The translations under genes were made by a program, and so were the position numbers. The notes under the pieces were generated by a model. It did no database searches. It was not told the origin of the DNA and saw only the letters and a program-made list of their open reading frames with translations. Below, one piece after another: positions 59,108 to 64,000 of a DNA stretch of 64,000 nucleotides. The DNA is from an uncultured Ignavibacteriales bacterium (GTDB lineage: Bacteria; Zixibacteria; MSB-5A5; GN15; FEB-12), in contig CAYXJN010000006.1 of the NCBI GenBank assembly GCA_964464605.1, positions 124,001 to 188,000 of the forward strand. The letters run 5' to 3'. Every line of letters starts with the position of its first letter. The first letter of the stretch is position 1.

Positions 59108-59730
59108 ATGAATTCGGCGGCAATGTTAACGAGCTTTTAGATACCGTCTTTTCACACGGGACATTCTGGGTCTATCTGGCAATCTGCATCGGCTGCTTTA
59201 TCGAAAATCTTCTCCCGCCATTTCCCGGTGATGCGTTCATTTTAGCGGCAGGTGCATTAGCCGCTGCCGGACGTCTTGAACCGGTAACGGCAGGGTTAGC
59301 AGCGTTAGTTGGCGGGATGCTTTCTGTTTTTATTCTCTATTTTATCGGGCGGCGGTATGGGCGGGAGTATTTTATACGAAAGAATTTTCGCTTTTTTAAC
59401 GCTCAGGATATTCATACCACCGAACAGAAATTCGAAAAATGGGGAGCGTTGATTTTGCTTGTCTCCCGCTTTCTGTTCGGCATTCGTTCGGCCGTTTCGG
59501 TCACGGCCGGGATTGTTAATTATCCCCGGTTCCAGATGCTTTTGTTTTCCGGAATCTCTTATGCAATTTTTATCACGCTTTGGATGCTCTTAGCCTCCGG
59601 GGTAGTGGCAGGAATAAGCGATTGGCAGGCAATCATTACGAATTATGGAAAAATTATTGGGTTTATTGCGGTCATAGCCGTTATCGTGTATTTCATTCGC
59701 AATTGGTTTGAATCGAAACAGGAGAAGTAA
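59104..59730 (+). CDS. DedA family membrane protein
   Basis: [26 protein letters not shown]. Confidence 0.88.
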   Translation: MNEFGGNVNELLDTVFSHGTFWVYLAICIGCFIENLLPPFPGDAFILAAGALAAAGRLEPVTAGLAALVGGMLSVFILYFIGRRYGREYFIRKNFRFFNAQDIHTTEQKFEKWGALILLVSRFLFGIRSAVSVTAGIVNYPRFQMLLFSGISYAIFITLWMLLASGVVAGISDWQAIITNYGKIIGFIAVIAVIVYFIRNWFESKQEK

Positions 59731-60746
59731 TGCGTGTTTTGTTGTTAGCGGGTGGGGAATCTACCGAGCGGGAAGTATCCCTTAATTCCGGGCGTTCCGT
59801 TTTTCAAGCGCTGCAGGAACTGGGGCACCAGGTAATAGCTGTCGATCCCGCGACCGGCAAATCGCTACAAGATTTGTCCGGTAAATACGTTTCCGAGATT
59901 GTCGCGCTGCAGTCTATCGCCCACACTAACGGCAAACAGCTCGATATTCTTCATGAAATAATCGAAACCTATCGGGACAAAATCGATATTGTTTTCAACA
60001 CCCTCCATGGCGGCATCGGGGAGAATGGGGAGATACAATGCGTATTGGATTTAGCAGGTATTCGTTATACCGGAGCCGGAATGACCGCTTCTGCTGTCGC
60101 GATGGACAAAGCGCTCACCAAAAGATTGTTCATCGGTAACGGCGTCCCGACACCGAAATGGAAACAGTATCAGATTACCAACGTGAACGAAATTTCTGCA
60201 GCAGCCGAAGAAGTCGCCGAGCAATTACCCTTTCCCGTAATCGTGAAGCCGAATGATGGCGGTTCGACGGTCGGACTGACCAAGGTATCCTTGTTTTCTG
60301 AATTATCCGACGCTATTGCCAAAGCAGCAAAACTCACCCCGAACGTATTGGTGGAAGAGTTTGTACAGGGAAGGGAGTTGACGGTTACGGTATTCGATGG
60401 CGTCGCCTATCCGCTGGTCGAAATCAGTCCGCTTGGCGGATTGTATGATTACGAAGCGAAGTACACCAAAGGAAAATCAGAATACTTCTGTCCGGCAGCG
60501 GTTCCGGAACCGGTTGCCAAGAAAATTCAGGAAGCGGCGGTGCGAGCGTATCATCTAATCGGTGCGCGTGGTTTAGTACGAATCGATTTTCTCTTGGGTC
60601 ATTCAAACGAATTCGTCTGTCTTGAAATCAATACATTACCGGGAATGACCTCATTGTCCTTAGCGCCGATGGCGGCCAAAGCGGTCGGAATCGATTTCCC
60701 CCAGCTAATCCAAAAAATTCTCGACTCTGCGCTCGCTGAGTCATGA
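59730..60746 (+). CDS. ddl: D-alanine--D-alanine ligase
   Basis: GGESTEREVSL, LHGGIGENG, KPNDGGS, YDYEAKY, EINTLPGMT. Confidence 0.95.
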   Translation: MRVLLLAGGESTEREVSLNSGRSVFQALQELGHQVIAVDPATGKSLQDLSGKYVSEIVALQSIAHTNGKQLDILHEIIETYRDKIDIVFNTLHGGIGENGEIQCVLDLAGIRYTGAGMTASAVAMDKALTKRLFIGNGVPTPKWKQYQITNVNEISAAAEEVAEQLPFPVIVKPNDGGSTVGLTKVSLFSELSDAIAKAAKLTPNVLVEEFVQGRELTVTVFDGVAYPLVEISPLGGLYDYEAKYTKGKSEYFCPAAVPEPVAKKIQEAAVRAYHLIGARGLVRIDFLLGHSNEFVCLEINTLPGMTSLSLAPMAAKAVGIDFPQLIQKILDSALAES

Positions 60747-61480
60747 GCAAACTCGACGTTTCCGCCGTTCTTTTCGACCTTGGCTCGACGTTAATCGAGT
60801 ATGAACCGATTCCGTGGGAAGAGCTTACTGTCGAATGTTCCGCCGCCACCCATGATTTTCTGACTTCGCTCGGTCATTCACTACCCAACAAAGACGAATT
60901 CCACACTCTGTTTGACAGCGTTAAGCAGCCGCTTCGTAATGTTGCCGCTTCGGAGTATATCGAGTGGACCGTACCACAGGCCACCGAATCACTGCTCACT
61001 TCACTCGAAATTCACCTTGAACGGCACGAACACGATCAGTTTTTCGATGCCTATTACGAACCGATTGCCTGCAAATTGACAGTGTACGATGACACATTGG
61101 CGACTCTGGAGCGAATCGTTTCACAGTTCGGGAAAGTCGGTCTGATTTCCAATACGATTTTTCCGGAACGGGTACATCGCGGAGAATTACAACGCTTCGG
61201 TATCGAGCCGTATCTCAAATTCGCGATTTTCAGTTCGACTTTTCAACTGCGCAAACCGCATCCGGATATTTTTCGGGAAGGGGCAAAACTGGCCGCAGCA
61301 GATCCGGCAAAGTGCGCCTACGTAGGAGACAGGTATCTTGAGGATATCACCGGCCCGGCGAAAATCGGTATGTCGGCTATTCTCAAACAGGTCAAAAACC
61401 GGGATTATCCGCAGCCGTTGCCGACAGAGTTACGCACTATTCACAGCCTTTCTGAGCTGGTTAATCATCTCGACATTTAG
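60743..61480 (+). CDS. HAD-superfamily hydrolase (subfamily IA-like)
   Basis: FDLGSTL, ISN, RKPHP, YVGDRYLEDI. Confidence 0.85.
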   Translation: MSKLDVSAVLFDLGSTLIEYEPIPWEELTVECSAATHDFLTSLGHSLPNKDEFHTLFDSVKQPLRNVAASEYIEWTVPQATESLLTSLEIHLERHEHDQFFDAYYEPIACKLTVYDDTLATLERIVSQFGKVGLISNTIFPERVHRGELQRFGIEPYLKFAIFSSTFQLRKPHPDIFREGAKLAAADPAKCAYVGDRYLEDITGPAKIGMSAILKQVKNRDYPQPLPTELRTIHSLSELVNHLDI

Positions 61481-61571
61481 GTAGCCAGTCAGGCCGCCGA
61501 TACATATATTTCTCGACTTATGGATAAACGTTTTACCGGTGCATACAGAATGAGGGCTGCAGTGCGGAGGA

Positions 61572-62648
61572 ATGATGGATAAAACTGAAGCATTACTAAA
61601 AGAGCTGACCGAAGCGAACGGCGTTTCCGGTTACGAGAGTGAAATCCGGGCTATTATGGCGCGGGAACTGAAACCGCTTGCTGATCGGATTGAGTATGAC
61701 AAGCTCGGATCGATTATGGGCGTCAAACGGGGCACGACTGATTCTCCCAGAGTAATGATTGCCGGTCACATGGATGAGATTGGCTTCATGGTTCGGGAAA
61801 TCACTCCTGAAGGGTATATCAAATTTTTACCGTTAGGCGGTTGGTGGGGGCATGTTGCCCTTGGCCAGCGTATGCGCGTTATCACATCGAAGGGGCCGGT
61901 ACTCGGTGTTATCGGGGCGCGTCCGCCGCATCTGCTTCAACCGGCCGAGCGGGAAAAAGTGCTCCCGGTGAAAGAACTCTTCTTAGATGTCGGCGTGGTA
62001 GAAAAATACGACGTGAAAGCCAAGCTCGGTATCAAAGTCGGTGATCCGATTGTACCGGACAGCCAGTTTACCAAACTGGCCAATGAAAAAATGTATATGG
62101 CCAAAGCGTTCGATAACCGTTCCGCCTGTGCGGTCGTTGTCGATGCGCTCCGTGCACTCCAAAAGGTAAAACATCCGAATACGGTATTGGGGGCTGCCTC
62201 AGTGCAGGAAGAAATCGGTTTGCGTGGTGCAACAACGTTGGCGCACTTAGCTGACCCGGATGTCTGTATTGTGGTTGATACGGGAATCGGGCAGGATATT
62301 CCACCGGCCGGATTTAAAGTCGCCGAAAAACTCGGCGCCGGCCCGGTGATTTTGATTATGGATGCGGTTATGATTCCAAATATCAAACTGCGTGATTTAG
62401 TTGTCGAAACGGCGAAAACCAAAAAGATACCGTTCCATATGAGTTATATGGATGCGGGCGGCACAGATGGCGGCAAGGTGCATATCAGCCGCCTGGGTGT
62501 TCCGTCTGTAGTCGTAGGTCCGCCGGTTCGCTATATTCACAGCAATAACGCGATCATGTATCGCCCCGACTATGACAACACGGTCAAATTAGTTGTAGAA
62601 TTGATTAAGAAATTAGATAAGAAAACGGTTCAATCCCTAACGAGATAG
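61572..62648 (+). CDS. M42 family metallo-aminopeptidase
   Basis: GVSGYE, GHMDEIG, KAFDNR, VQEEIGLRGA, GGTDG, RYIHS. Confidence 0.93.
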   Translation: MMDKTEALLKELTEANGVSGYESEIRAIMARELKPLADRIEYDKLGSIMGVKRGTTDSPRVMIAGHMDEIGFMVREITPEGYIKFLPLGGWWGHVALGQRMRVITSKGPVLGVIGARPPHLLQPAEREKVLPVKELFLDVGVVEKYDVKAKLGIKVGDPIVPDSQFTKLANEKMYMAKAFDNRSACAVVVDALRALQKVKHPNTVLGAASVQEEIGLRGATTLAHLADPDVCIVVDTGIGQDIPPAGFKVAEKLGAGPVILIMDAVMIPNIKLRDLVVETAKTKKIPFHMSYMDAGGTDGGKVHISRLGVPSVVVGPPVRYIHSNNAIMYRPDYDNTVKLVVELIKKLDKKTVQSLTR

Positions 62649-62650
62649 TT

Positions 62651-64000
62651 ATGCCGCTTCGGTTTAAAAACAGTCTGACGCAAAGTTTTGAAGAGTTTCG
62701 CCCGTTAACGCCGGGAAAGGCTCGTATTTATTCTTGCGGACCGACGGTGTACAATTTTGTTCATATCGGTAATCTGCGCGCGTTTATGTTCGCTGATCTG
62801 CTTCGCCGCTATTTGAAATACAAGGGATACGAAGTAGAGCATGTCATGAATGTCACGGATATTGATGACAAGATTATCAAAAAGTCCCGCCAGGAAAAGC
62901 GTTCACTTCGGGAATTCACCGAAGAATATACCAATGCTTTCTTTGCCGATTGCGCATCGGTCGGGATGGAAAAGGTAGAGCAAAATCCGCGGGCGACTGA
63001 TCATATCAAAGAGATGGTGGATATCATCAAAGCGCTGGTGACCAAAGGCGTCGCGTATGAGCATAACGGCAATTACTATTTCCGTATTTCTGCTTTCAAA
63101 GATTACGGAAAACTGGCGCATTTGGATATGGAAGGCCTCAAGGCCGGTGCCCGTGTCGCGGCAGATGAGTACCACAAAGATGCCGTCTCCGATTTCGCGC
63201 TTTGGAAAGCGTGGGACGCTGATGATGGTGATATTTTCTGGGAAACGGAAATCGGTAAAGGTCGTCCGGGCTGGCATATTGAGTGCTCCGCGATGTCGAT
63301 GAAATTTCTCGGCGAAACATTCGACATTCACACCGGCGGTGTGGATCTGATGTTCCCGCACCATGAAAATGAAATCGCGCAGTCACAAGGTTCGACTGGT
63401 AAAAAGTTCGTCAATTACTGGCTGCACAATGAGCATTTGATTGTCGAAGGACGCAAAATGTCCAAAAGCGCCGGTAACTTTTACACCCTGCGTGATATTT
63501 TAGCCAAAGGACATTCCGGATTGGCGGTGCGGTATTTGCTAATGGCGACACATTACCGCCAGCAGTTGAATTTCACGTTCCAGGGGCTTGAAGGCGCAGC
63601 TAATGCACTGGAACGGTATAACGATTTCATATCCAATTTAGCCGCTCACCCCGGCAACCAAACCGGAGGAGAGGCAGCGAAATATATCGAACAGGTGACA
63701 AGCGGGTTTGAGTCGAATCTCGATGATGATCTTAACATCTCCGGCGCGCTCGGTGCGATTTTTGATTTTATCCGCGATATCAACCGTATTAAAGCGGAAG
63801 GAAAACTTACCGCGCAGGAGCGGGACAAAGTGCTGGACGTGATGAACAAGTTCGACAAGGTGCTCAATTTTATCACCAAACATGATAATCTTGATGCGGA
63901 AGTTGAAAGTTTGATTCAGAAACGGACTGACGCCAAAAAAGCAAAAGATTTTGCTACCGCGGATTCACTGCGCAAACAGCTTGCGGATATGGGGATTATT
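62651..64000 (+). CDS. cysS: Cysteine--tRNA ligase (3' end beyond window; absent from ORF track)
   Basis: Read directly from ATG 62651: CGPTVY, HIGN, DFALWK, GRPGWHIECSAM, FPHHENE, KMSKS. Confidence 0.96.
   Translation, partial: MPLRFKNSLTQSFEEFRPLTPGKARIYSCGPTVYNFVHIGNLRAFMFADLLRRYLKYKGYEVEHVMNVTDIDDKIIKKSRQEKRSLREFTEEYTNAFFADCASVGMEKVEQNPRATDHIKEMVDIIKALVTKGVAYEHNGNYYFRISAFKDYGKLAHLDMEGLKAGARVAADEYHKDAVSDFALWKAWDADDGDIFWETEIGKGRPGWHIECSAMSMKFLGETFDIHTGGVDLMFPHHENEIAQSQGSTGKKFVNYWLHNEHLIVEGRKMSKSAGNFYTLRDILAKGHSGLAVRYLLMATHYRQQLNFTFQGLEGAANALERYNDFISNLAAHPGNQTGGEAAKYIEQVTSGFESNLDDDLNISGALGAIFDFIRDINRIKAEGKLTAQERDKVLDVMNKFDKVLNFITKHDNLDAEVESLIQKRTDAKKAKDFATADSLRKQLADMGII

Noticed and set aside
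62903..63883. Short minus/plus ORFs at the window end
   Set aside because: The region is occupied by cysS in an open frame that runs off the window.

Overview
Bacterial chromosomal window of about 50% GC. The dockerin-tailed secreted proteases, FlgD/T9SS-like C-terminal domains and 'VYPNPY'-tailed paralogues suggest an FCB-related lineage such as candidate division Zixibacteria (inference only). Housekeeping blocks are the distal complex I operon (nuoE partial to nuoN, then TerC and Kef-type antiporter genes), purF, and yebC-HAD-ruvCAB-queA-ispDF-dedA-ddl-HAD-M42-cysS (partial). Between them are a signalling cluster and a block of secreted proteins (three S8 proteases in the window, cohesin-like/dockerin proteins, two large paralogues). 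Three highlights are missed or truncated by the ORF track. (1) A 24-aa peptide gene (MEYTLTVEVLEARIAP-VGISQGGQ) has a perfect SD, its own terminator and an upstream repeat array. It lies directly behind an RRE/PqqD-M50 protease-HlyD fusion and converges on a Ser/Thr kinase-TPR and GAF histidine kinase pair, a candidate peptide export/signalling system. (2) A glutaredoxin-like gene between nuoM and nuoN probably reads through UGA as selenocysteine (GFGGG-U-G-F-stop plus a SECIS-like hairpin). (3) A low-GC cassette encodes a membrane redoxin and a small secreted 8-Cys protein. No rRNA, tRNA, CRISPR array or transposase was recognised.
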